A stretch of DNA of 40,354 nucleotides, taken from the NCBI GenBank assembly GCA_947627895.1, contig CANQXV010000003.1, positions 1-40,354 of the forward strand, read 5' to 3'. The position numbers were made by a program, and so were the translations under genes. This stretch comes from an uncultured Bacilli bacterium. Its GTDB lineage: Bacteria > Bacillota_I > Bacilli_A > RF39 > UBA660. The notes below the pieces were generated by a model. It worked only from the letters and a program-made list of their open reading frames with translations. It did no database searches and was not told the origin of the DNA. Positions 9,049-17,991 of the stretch are shown here, piece after piece; position 1 is the first letter of the stretch, and each line of letters opens with the position of its first letter.

Positions 9049-11124
9049 ATGAAAAAAGTAATAATTTCTTATTTATTGGGATTTACTATGTGTTTATGTG
9101 TTTGTATAATAACCATATTTTATACAAATAGAAAAATACAAAAAGAAGAACAATACTATGATTTAGAAAATAATAATTTAATTAGTATGATGATACAAAA
9201 TGAATCAGGCGAATATGAAAAAGCTAATCAAAGTAATTGGCCAACTGATGGTTATAATTTTAATAAAACATTAAGTAAATGTGAAAATGGCAGTAAGCTT
9301 TCATGGCGTAATGATAAAGTTGTAGTTAATACCACAACATCAGATAAGTGTTATGTTTATTTTGATTTGGCAAATGGAACCGAACAATTTCCTTATCAAA
9401 TAGATTCTATTGAAGACTTAGTAAGATTATCTAAAGAAGTAGCTGAAGGAGATACGAAAGCAGGTATGACTTATGTTTTAACTAGAGATTTAGACTTTCA
9501 AGACCCGAGTTCATATGAAGATAGTTCAAGCACAACTTTTGGAGATATAAACGGAAATGAAGAAGACGAACCATTAATAACAGAATTAACAACGGGAAGA
9601 GGATTTAAATCAATAGGATTTTTTTACGGAATACTGAATGGTGGAAATAATAGAATAGATAATTTATTTATTAACACTGAAATTAATGGATATGCGGCAT
9701 TTATTTCAGTGTTAATAAATGGAGAAGTAAAAAATTTAACAATAAGTGGAGAAACAACAAGTTATAATGGTCATGATGTAGGCGGCATAGTGGCAGCTAT
9801 GGAAAATAGTAAAATTGAAAATTGTGTTAGTGAAGTTAATGTTACTAGCAATGGACCTTATTTTAATGTTGGAGGGATTGTAGGTCTTGTAGCAGGACAA
9901 AACGATAGTATAATCAAAGATTGTGTTAATAAAGGAAATATAACAGGCGGAGGAACAAGTGGCGGAATTGTAGGAGGAAATAGTTCTAGTACTAGTACGC
10001 TAACTATAAAAAATTGTTCTAATGAAGGCATAATAAATAATAATACAGGACAACATACGGGTGGCATAATAGGTTCTAGTATTGGAAGCTCTAGTGATGA
10101 GGCGTCTAATTTAAAAATTGAAGGGTGCCATAATAATGGAAAAGTTAAAAGCGAAACAGCGTATCTAGTAGGAGGCATACTTGGATATGGAAATGGAAAT
10201 GGAAATATAACTATTAATAATACTTATAATGCTGGAGAAATAACAATAAATAGCAAAACAGATTTTGGTAACGTCAGTATTGCTGGGATAATTGGTAATA
10301 TTAATATAACAAATGATTTATCAATAACAAATAGTTATAATAAAGGAATTATCAAAAATGAAGATATAGTAAATAAATTTACACATATGGGAGGTGCATT
10401 GGGACTATCAAGTGCAAGAAATACAATAATAGAAAACTTCCATAATGATAATGTCATTGATGGTGGCAACAATGGCAACAGGGTTGGTGGCATAGCCGGA
10501 GCTATTTCTAATGGAAATAATATAATAAATAAATGTTACAATACGGCAGATATTTATGGCGATTATGGTGTTGGTGGACTTATTGGACATGGATCTGGCA
10601 AAATATTTTTATTAAATAGCTATAATATAGGAAATGTCAATGGTAATACCCCAGAAGTGAGTGGCTTGATTGCTAGACAATCGCCAGGTTATTATTCTAC
10701 AGTTATAAATAGCTATAATGTAGGCAATGTTATAAGTAAAAATATTCGAGCAAATGGAATTTTAGAAATTTTAGGTGGTGCTTATTTAAATAATGTATAT
10801 AATGCTGGAAAATTATCAGAAAAAGAAACATATGGAATAGGTTATAAAGCAAGTCAAATTAGTTTACAATCATATAATATTTACTACGCAAATGGTGTAA
10901 CTGCTGGTTCAAATATAGAAAATATTGGTACTAATTATGATGAAAAATATATTAAAAGTACATCTTTTACTGAAGAATTAAATAATAATTTAGTCAATGA
11001 TACAACAATAAAAGAAGGGAGTGTCGATAAACCGTTAATGGATATTGACCCATCACTTGAAGGTTATACCTTAAGTCAATGGAAACTTGGCGATGACGGT
11101 TATCCAACATTAGTAAATAATTAG
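9049..11124 (+). CDS. Large surface protein: N-terminal anchor, small Cys-pair domain, GLUG-like beta-helix repeats
   Basis: Hydrophobic N-terminus; GTEQFPYQIDSIEDL, LTRDLDF, then many VGGIVG...NC/SYNxGxI repeats; ends WKLGDDGYPTL; Asn/Gly/Ile rich. Confidence 0.8.
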   Translation: MKKVIISYLLGFTMCLCVCIITIFYTNRKIQKEEQYYDLENNNLISMMIQNESGEYEKANQSNWPTDGYNFNKTLSKCENGSKLSWRNDKVVVNTTTSDKCYVYFDLANGTEQFPYQIDSIEDLVRLSKEVAEGDTKAGMTYVLTRDLDFQDPSSYEDSSSTTFGDINGNEEDEPLITELTTGRGFKSIGFFYGILNGGNNRIDNLFINTEINGYAAFISVLINGEVKNLTISGETTSYNGHDVGGIVAAMENSKIENCVSEVNVTSNGPYFNVGGIVGLVAGQNDSIIKDCVNKGNITGGGTSGGIVGGNSSSTSTLTIKNCSNEGIINNNTGQHTGGIIGSSIGSSSDEASNLKIEGCHNNGKVKSETAYLVGGILGYGNGNGNITINNTYNAGEITINSKTDFGNVSIAGIIGNINITNDLSITNSYNKGIIKNEDIVNKFTHMGGALGLSSARNTIIENFHNDNVIDGGNNGNRVGGIAGAISNGNNIINKCYNTADIYGDYGVGGLIGHGSGKIFLLNSYNIGNVNGNTPEVSGLIARQSPGYYSTVINSYNVGNVISKNIRANGILEILGGAYLNNVYNAGKLSEKETYGIGYKASQISLQSYNIYYANGVTAGSNIENIGTNYDEKYIKSTSFTEELNNNLVNDTTIKEGSVDKPLMDIDPSLEGYTLSQWKLGDDGYPTLVNN

Positions 11125-11183
11125 TTAATATAATTGTTTTTATTCCTATTTTTGGCTATAATAATATCAAGGAGTTTTTGAAA

Positions 11184-12797
11184 ATGAAGAAAAATGGCTT
11201 AATGGATGGTGCCTTTATTGCTACTTTAGCAATTATTATTTCCAAAATATTAGGTGTTTTATATGTTATTCCTTTTTATAATATTATTGGTGAAGCTGGT
11301 GGGGCTTTATATGGTTATGCCTATAATATTTATAACTTCTTTTTAATTATATCTAGTGCTGGTATTCCTTTAGCAATTAGCAAAATTACCAGTGAATATA
11401 ATACTTTAAAATTAAATAAAGAAAAATCTTTTATGTTTGATTATTCCAAAAAAATAATTAGAATTTTTTCAATAGTTTGTTTCTTAATTTGTTTTTTTGG
11501 AGCCCCTATTTTAGCTAATTTAATTGTTGGTGACTTAACTAATGGTAATACGGTTAGTGATGTTGCTTTTGTTATTAGATGTGTATCATTTGCTATTTTA
11601 GTAGTTCCTCTTTTAAGTATTTCTAGAGGTTACCTACAAGGACACAAATATATAGCTCCACCAGCAATTGGCCAAGTAATTGAACAATTTGTTCGAGTTT
11701 TAGTTATTGTAGTTGGTTCCTTTGTTGCTTTAAAAGTATTTAATTTAAGTGTGGTTCAAGCCGTTGGTATTGCTGTTTTTGGTGCTTGTGCGGGAGCCAT
11801 AGTCTCTTATATTTATTTACTTTTAAAAATGCGCAAAGTCAAAAAAGAAATTTTAGTTCCTTATGATGATGTTGCTAAAAGTGAAAAGAAAGCCATACTA
11901 AAAAAATTAGTTGTTTATTGTATTCCTTTTATTATTATTAATGTAGCTAACACAATTTATAACTTTGTTGATATGGTGTTAGTAATAAGAGGATTAAATC
12001 ATTTAGGTTTCCCAGCTGCCGATATTGAAACAATAAGCAGTATTTTTACCACTTGGGGTGCTAAATTAATTAGTGTTGTAACAGCGATTGCAACGGGTCT
12101 TGTTATAAGTTTAATTCCAAATATTGTGGAAGCTTACACTAAAAAGGATGAAAAAAAAGTTAATGAACATTTTAATAAAATATTACAAGTATTATTATAT
12201 GTTATTTTACCTTTAACTATTTTCTTAAGTATTTATGCAACTCCTGTATGGAGTGTTTTCTACAATGAAAGCCATTACGGACCCTTAATTTTTAAATATA
12301 CGATTTTACTTGCAACATTAGATAGTGCTTACATTATGATTTGTAGTGCCCTTCAAGGTTTAAGTAAAACGAAACTTATTTATGTATCGGTTGCAACTGG
12401 CTTAATCACCAAAACAATCTTAGATTTACCACTTATATATTTATTTAATAATCTTGGTATTGCCCCTTACTATGGAGCCATTGCGGCCACAACCATCGGT
12501 TATTTATTATCCTTAATTATTCCTCTTATTACCTTACATAAAAAATATAACTTTAGTTATAAACAAACTTTAAAATCACTACCAAAATTAATTTTAACTA
12601 CGAGTATTTTAGTAATTATTAATCAAATTATAAGGCCTCTTATCTTTAGTCATTTAACTTCTAAAATTGAAATGCTTTTAGGCCTTGCTGGAGTAGGAAT
12701 ATTATCTTTTGTAATTTACTTTATTTTAAATAAAAAACTTTTAATTGAATTAATGGGTGAAAAATTCTTTAAATTTAAAAAGAAAAAGAATGCTTAA
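11184..12797 (+). CDS. MOP-family lipid II/polysaccharide flippase (MurJ/YtgP-like)
   Basis: SKILGVLYVIPF, SSAGIPLAISK, RGYLQG, QVIEQFVRV; about 14 TMs. ATG at 11184 has AAGGAG 9 nt upstream (track uses TTG 11178). Confidence 0.85.
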   Translation: MKKNGLMDGAFIATLAIIISKILGVLYVIPFYNIIGEAGGALYGYAYNIYNFFLIISSAGIPLAISKITSEYNTLKLNKEKSFMFDYSKKIIRIFSIVCFLICFFGAPILANLIVGDLTNGNTVSDVAFVIRCVSFAILVVPLLSISRGYLQGHKYIAPPAIGQVIEQFVRVLVIVVGSFVALKVFNLSVVQAVGIAVFGACAGAIVSYIYLLLKMRKVKKEILVPYDDVAKSEKKAILKKLVVYCIPFIIINVANTIYNFVDMVLVIRGLNHLGFPAADIETISSIFTTWGAKLISVVTAIATGLVISLIPNIVEAYTKKDEKKVNEHFNKILQVLLYVILPLTIFLSIYATPVWSVFYNESHYGPLIFKYTILLATLDSAYIMICSALQGLSKTKLIYVSVATGLITKTILDLPLIYLFNNLGIAPYYGAIAATTIGYLLSLIIPLITLHKKYNFSYKQTLKSLPKLILTTSILVIINQIIRPLIFSHLTSKIEMLLGLAGVGILSFVIYFILNKKLLIELMGEKFFKFKKKKNA

Positions 12798-13990
12798 ATA
12801 TCAGCATTCCCTAGTAAAAAATCTAAAGCATTAATTTCTTTAATACCATCGAATGAGGCTTTATCATTATCCAAAGTTATAATGTATTTAGGATAATTAT
12901 CATTAATATTTTTAAGGGGCGCAAGCTCCCTTTTTAATGTTTCGGCACCCCGAATACTTAAAGCAACTTGAATGTATTTTAAACCATCATCTTTTTTGAC
13001 AACAAAATCAATTTCTTGATTACCAATTTTTCCAATATGAATATCATAACCCCGGCGCTTTAATTCTAAAAAGATGACATTTTCTAAAATACTACCTAAA
13101 TCACTTACTTCTCCTAATAGATATTTTCTTAAACCAAGATCACATACATAGTATTTATCGCCAGTTTTTAAGTATTCCTTACCTTTAATATCATAACGAC
13201 CAACATTATAAATAATGTAACTATCCTTTAACCAAGATAAATAATTTTCAATGGTATTAACCGAATTTTTTCGATTATGGGAATTTAGAGTATCACTTAT
13301 TTTTTTAGTTGAAACTAAATTGCCAATATTAGCAAAAATAAATTTAACAACGCTTTCTAAAATCATAACATCTTTAACTTTATTACGAATAATAACATCT
13401 CTCATTAAAACAGTATTATATATTCCATCTAAATAGTTACGAATTAAATCCGCATCATTATCTAAATTTATAAGATAGGGAAAACTACCATTTTCAATAT
13501 AATAATTATAGGCCTCTTCTTTATCCTTGATATTCCAGCCTTCAAAAAACTCTTTAAATGATAAGGGTAACATATGGATTTGCATATAACGACCAGTTAA
13601 AAAAGTTGCTAGTTCGCCCGATAGCATATAAGAATTAGAACCAGTTATATAGATATCCACATTATCTAGCGTAAATAAGCCATTAACCATTTTTTCAAAT
13701 TCTGGCACAATTTGCACTTCATCTAAAAATATATAATTCATTTTACTTTTTAAAAGTTTCTTTTCAATTGCATTATATAAATCGCGCCAATTAGAATAAA
13801 TATTATCACTAGGTTTTTCAAAATTCATACTGATTATTTGTTTTTCACTAACATTGTTTTGTTTTAAATAATCACGGTATAACGCTAAAAGAGTTGACTT
13901 ACCACAGCGTCTAATTCCGGTGATAATTTTGATTATTTTTTTATCCTTTAACTTTATTAAATAATTCAAATAGTCTTCTCTCTTAATCAT
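12794..13990 (-). CDS. AAA+ ATPase, AAA_14 + DUF4143 family, copy 2
   Basis: GIRRCGKST, IFLDEVQ, TGSNS, LTGRY, KYYVCDLG, LENVIF, EIDF...YIQV; diverged paralog of 4317-5522. Confidence 0.9.
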   Translation of the reverse strand: MIKREDYLNYLIKLKDKKIIKIITGIRRCGKSTLLALYRDYLKQNNVSEKQIISMNFEKPSDNIYSNWRDLYNAIEKKLLKSKMNYIFLDEVQIVPEFEKMVNGLFTLDNVDIYITGSNSYMLSGELATFLTGRYMQIHMLPLSFKEFFEGWNIKDKEEAYNYYIENGSFPYLINLDNDADLIRNYLDGIYNTVLMRDVIIRNKVKDVMILESVVKFIFANIGNLVSTKKISDTLNSHNRKNSVNTIENYLSWLKDSYIIYNVGRYDIKGKEYLKTGDKYYVCDLGLRKYLLGEVSDLGSILENVIFLELKRRGYDIHIGKIGNQEIDFVVKKDDGLKYIQVALSIRGAETLKRELAPLKNINDNYPKYIITLDNDKASFDGIKEINALDFLLGNADI

Positions 13991-14008
13991 TTTGCCTCAC
14001 CTAAATTA

Positions 14009-14037
14009 ATTATAATACCATTTTATTAGTTTGTAAA
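14009..14037 (-). promoter_or_regulatory. SigmaA promoter of ATPase copy 2
   Basis: TTTACA (14037-14032), 17-bp spacer, TATAAT (14014-14009). Confidence 0.7.
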
Positions 14038-14038
14038 G

Positions 14039-14096
14039 TTTTTTCAGTTAAATGAAATATTTTTTAATTTTTAATACTTTTTTCAGTTAAATGAAA
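14039..14096. repeat. Two identical 19-bp palindrome-containing repeats, 39-bp period (candidate operators)
   Basis: TTTTTTCAGTTAAATGAAA at 14039-14057 and 14078-14096; core TTTCA-N6-TGAAA. Confidence 0.85.
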
Positions 14097-14101
14097 ATAT
14101 T

Positions 14102-15349
14102 TTATTTTAGTAATTTATAAAATTTTAGAGCTATTTTATATAAATAATAAGCTGGTTTATCAACAATATAGTCAAATTCCCCGAGTAATTCCACTATTTC
14201 AGGATTAAAGCCTTTCTTTATTTCATAAATCGAATAGTAAGGGTTATTGGGATCTAAATCACTAGAAATACCATAGAAATTACAATATTTCTTTTTTTGT
14301 TTCAAACATTCTTTAATATGTTCATTATAAAAGACATACTTTGGTCCAAAATCTTTATATAGACTAGAGGTACCACTCATAAATGTTATGCCCTCATCGC
14401 CAATAAAAAGGCTCATTAAAGCGCCAATATTAATTGGAATGCCACCATCTTTTATCTTTTTAGCTTGAGTTAATTCTTGTTCTTTTTTAGTTATTTTTAT
14501 TTTTAATTCTTCTTCATGTTTTTTTAACTTAGGCCCAATATTTAGTTTCGCCATTTGTTTTTCTAAATTTAATAGTTCCTTTTTTAATTCATCTAAACTC
14601 ATAATAACATGTTCATAATATTTATTAGGGTCAATATAAACTACATAAAGACGCATATAATCGGACATTAAATCATACATTTTTTGATAATAACTCACGG
14701 GTCTTATCACAAAATGTTTTTTATCCGCGGTTTCTTGTAAAATAGAAACAAATAAATCCATTTCTTTAGAATCAATAGTTCTAGTTAAAACTCCCATATT
14801 ACTATATTTAACAATATTCTTACGGGTGTTTTTGCTAAAACTTTGTAAGGTATCTTCATAAGTATCCGCAAGTTTAAACCGGCATAAATTACGCGGTTGT
14901 AACGTTTCAAAATTTTTGGTAAAACCTAAATGATTGTAGCCGAGGCTTAAAAATTCTTGAAGTGTGTCTTCCCCTACAATACGCGGGTTTTCACCATTAC
15001 TATCCGTAATTTGATAAATTACATTAGGATCTACTTTTAACATAAACCCTTTGTGTTCTTTAACATATTTTATAATCTCATTATGAAATTTTGCAAGTAA
15101 GCCTGTCTCTTTATAATCAAGTAAAAAGCCCCGAGGTGCATAAAACAAACTCTTTTTTATGAGCGTACTTTTTTCTAATAATAAAGATACGCCTTTTATA
15201 ATCTCGCCATCATATAAACCTACTAAATGTCTTTTCCAGCCTGTTGTCTCTTTTAATAAACCCCATTCTGGTAATTGATAAATTGAGATATAAGGACTTT
15301 TTAAAGCCCAAGCTTTAAGGGATTGTTCATCTATTTGTTTTAATTCCAT
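14102..15349 (-). CDS. FemABX/MurMN peptidoglycan branch aminoacyltransferase
   Basis: YQLPEWGLLK, FYAPRGFLLDY, LKVDP, coiled-coil insert, NFYGIS, KKGFNP...LLGEFD. Confidence 0.88.
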   Translation of the reverse strand: MELKQIDEQSLKAWALKSPYISIYQLPEWGLLKETTGWKRHLVGLYDGEIIKGVSLLLEKSTLIKKSLFYAPRGFLLDYKETGLLAKFHNEIIKYVKEHKGFMLKVDPNVIYQITDSNGENPRIVGEDTLQEFLSLGYNHLGFTKNFETLQPRNLCRFKLADTYEDTLQSFSKNTRKNIVKYSNMGVLTRTIDSKEMDLFVSILQETADKKHFVIRPVSYYQKMYDLMSDYMRLYVVYIDPNKYYEHVIMSLDELKKELLNLEKQMAKLNIGPKLKKHEEELKIKITKKEQELTQAKKIKDGGIPINIGALMSLFIGDEGITFMSGTSSLYKDFGPKYVFYNEHIKECLKQKKKYCNFYGISSDLDPNNPYYSIYEIKKGFNPEIVELLGEFDYIVDKPAYYLYKIALKFYKLLK

Positions 15350-15351
15350 AA

Positions 15352-16575
15352 TTAACCTCTTAATTTACGATATATTTTTAAAAGAAATGGTAAAATTTTA
15401 TATAAGAATTTTTTATTAACTAAATCAAATTCCCCAATAAATTCAATATATTCATCACCAAATTTTCTTTTAAAATCATAAATCCTAGCTAAATTTTTAT
15501 AAGTTGTATGGGGATCTCCTACCACCCCAAAAAGATCAAAAAAGTCTAGGTCCTTTTCAAAAGCATCTTTTATTGCCACATAATAACAATAAGAAACAGC
15601 AAAAGTAAAATTAGCAAGTTCATTACTACCAATATATAGGCTCCACGCTCTATTCGCCGTATAAGTACAGATTAAAGAACAAATAGTTAATTCATCTTTA
15701 TCTATTTTTAAAAACTCTTCTTTTTCTTTATTTAGTCTCGCAATCTGATTTTTAATATCTTCTTGTTTTTTAGAAGACTCCTTTAATAATTGTTCTTGTT
15801 CGTGAATTTTAAGTTCTATTTTTTCTAGTAGTTCTTTAGGTCTTATTTTAATATTAAAAAATTTCATATTATTATCTTTAACCATTTCTTCGGCGAATAT
15901 TTGATAAAATTCTTTACTTCGAGGATCAAACTCATCTTTACTGCTATTTTCTTGTAATAAGTTATAAAAGGTATCAACATCAATTTCGTTATCTACTTTT
16001 AAATCATATTGACTACTCCGACGAATTGATTTCATAAAAGTTTTTGAAAAAGCATTTTCAACCTCTTCCCAGTTTCTTTTTAAATTGATTCTAAAAGTAT
16101 AACGAGGTTGATTTCCTTCATATAGTTTATAAAAACCCCCATGTTTATAACCTAAAGATAATAAATAATTATATAATTCATAATTATTTTCGCCACCCTC
16201 AACTTTTTGGCCTTCACTATCAATATCTTGATATTTAATATCAGGGTCAAATTTAATATAAATTATTTTATTTTTTTGCATATATTCTTTTAAATAATTA
16301 GTAAAAACTTTAATATAGGCATGATTAGTATAATCAATTAAAAAACCTCTTGGACAATAAACATAACTATACCCTAGGGGTGTTTTCTTTTCTAAAAGTA
16401 AAGCGGATGCCACCAGTTCTTCCTTATCATTATGCATCCCTACATAATGCGGAATTTGCCCTTTAGCCTTTTTACAAAACTCTCCCCATTCATAAGATTG
16501 TAAAAAATGAGATTTCTCATGATTACGCGTAAAATATTGGTATTCTGCTTTGGGAACGTCTTCTATGAATCTCAT
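15352..16575 (-). CDS. FemABX/MurMN peptidoglycan branch aminoacyltransferase
   Basis: HFLQSYEWG, YCPRGFLIDY, IKFDP, QPRY, DLFGV, FKRKFG..IEFIGEFD. Start set to 16575 (AGGTGA RBS). Confidence 0.88.
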   Translation of the reverse strand: MRFIEDVPKAEYQYFTRNHEKSHFLQSYEWGEFCKKAKGQIPHYVGMHNDKEELVASALLLEKKTPLGYSYVYCPRGFLIDYTNHAYIKVFTNYLKEYMQKNKIIYIKFDPDIKYQDIDSEGQKVEGGENNYELYNYLLSLGYKHGGFYKLYEGNQPRYTFRINLKRNWEEVENAFSKTFMKSIRRSSQYDLKVDNEIDVDTFYNLLQENSSKDEFDPRSKEFYQIFAEEMVKDNNMKFFNIKIRPKELLEKIELKIHEQEQLLKESSKKQEDIKNQIARLNKEKEEFLKIDKDELTICSLICTYTANRAWSLYIGSNELANFTFAVSYCYYVAIKDAFEKDLDFFDLFGVVGDPHTTYKNLARIYDFKRKFGDEYIEFIGEFDLVNKKFLYKILPFLLKIYRKLRG

Positions 16576-16661
16576 TAATATCACCTACTTAAAAATTTTA
16601 ACATAATCCTTTTACCTTTACAAGTTGCCAAACTTTTTTTATAATATTTATGGTGGTTATG

Positions 16662-17201
16662 ATGAATTATACTAGTGTAATCTTAGTTCTAATTATTATT
16701 GTTGGTCTACTTGTTATCTTTTATGCAACAATCTATAATAAAATTGTCGTTTATAAACTAAAAATCGATAAAGCGGAAAGTGTTATTGATGAGGCTTTAA
16801 GACAAAAATACGATTGTATCGCTAGACTTAATGGTTATATAAAGAAAGTTGTAGCTAAAAAAGATTATTTAAAAGAATATATTGATTTAAAGAATAAAAA
16901 AATTAGTAATTATGACTTAGATCGGAAACTAACGGAAGCTGTTAATACTATTCTAGAACTTAAAAACGATTATAGTGAACTTGATACTAAAGAATTTAAT
17001 AAAGAATTAAAAACAATCAATAAAATTAATGAAGAATTAACTTCAAGTAAAAATTATTACAATAAAAATACTTCGGATTTAAACGAAGTAATTAAAAAAT
17101 TTCCTAATAATATCGTAGCTAAAATTCATCATTATAGTATTAAACCTTTCTTTGATGGCAAAAATATGCAAGATGAAATAATAGATGATTTTAAACTTTA
17201 G
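16662..17201 (+). CDS. LemA family protein
   Basis: N-terminal TM, YN..V...., ID..L..KYD, C-terminal YYN....LN..IKKFPNNIVA. A TTTACA-17-TATAAT promoter (16617-16645) and GGTGG RBS favour a start at 16659 or 16662. Confidence 0.75.
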   Translation: MNYTSVILVLIIIVGLLVIFYATIYNKIVVYKLKIDKAESVIDEALRQKYDCIARLNGYIKKVVAKKDYLKEYIDLKNKKISNYDLDRKLTEAVNTILELKNDYSELDTKEFNKELKTINKINEELTSSKNYYNKNTSDLNEVIKKFPNNIVAKIHHYSIKPFFDGKNMQDEIIDDFKL

Positions 17202-17943
17202 TAGCTTCTCTTATTGGAAGCGATTTTTTTTCGCGTTTTAGTTCTTGACCCTTTAGAACTTTAACAAAATCTTCATTTAAGACGATATCACCAGATTGTA
17301 CATAATCATCAAGAGCACTTGCTAAAACTGTTGTATCAGTAATTAGTTTATAAATATCAAAATCAATAGCAAGTTCATTACAATTTTGTATTAAATTGCC
17401 CCTTAAAACAAAATGTATATTCCTTCCTTCAAAATTTTCAGAATCGGGAAAAACAGTTTTAATTAAACCATAATCTAAAGCGTCTTTTAAGAATAAAACT
17501 CGTTCGCGTGTTTTTTCTTCTCGCATTTTAATATCAACATTATAACGAGCTCGAGCTATTTTTTGAACTCTTTTACATGAATCCGAAATTAATAAACGAT
17601 AATCTAAGTAAGCTGCACAATAAAGTCTAATAGCATCAATAGAACTAGTATAAAGTTTTACAACTATTGGATAACTTTCTTTTAAGTCAAATGTTGCTAC
17701 GGCCTTAATTATGCCATTTATAAGGGTAATATAATATTCATGGGAAAAACTATTTATAGGATTAGTTAAGCCAAAACTAGCATATTTCAAAATATAAAGT
17801 AAACAATTTATATCTTTACTCTTCTTAGCGCCTTCAATGGCAGCTAAAAGATAATCCATATCTAGTACTTTAAACCAACTATCAATTTGTAAATTAGTTA
17901 AATTTCCGTTCCTTAATTCCGTAATTTCCTCTTTTATAGTCAT
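17191..17943 (-). CDS. Hypothetical cytoplasmic helical protein (orphan)
   Basis: 250-aa ORF, AAGGAG RBS before ATG 17943; no recognised motif. Confidence 0.7.
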   Translation of the reverse strand: MTIKEEITELRNGNLTNLQIDSWFKVLDMDYLLAAIEGAKKSKDINCLLYILKYASFGLTNPINSFSHEYYITLINGIIKAVATFDLKESYPIVVKLYTSSIDAIRLYCAAYLDYRLLISDSCKRVQKIARARYNVDIKMREEKTRERVLFLKDALDYGLIKTVFPDSENFEGRNIHFVLRGNLIQNCNELAIDFDIYKLITDTTVLASALDDYVQSGDIVLNEDFVKVLKGQELKREKKSLPIREATKV

Positions 17944-17991
17944 ATTTTTTCTCCTTAACAATTTATTATTATAATCCTAAACTATCAAAAG

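Noticed and set aside
8652-11177. Target-site duplication around the XRE/GLUG module
   Set aside because: Only short AT-rich matches (TA.TTAAT); not significant, so it is not called a mobile element.
14039-14096. Possible mini-CRISPR
   Set aside because: Only two 19-bp repeats with a 20-bp AT-only-like spacer and no cas genes; better explained as operators.
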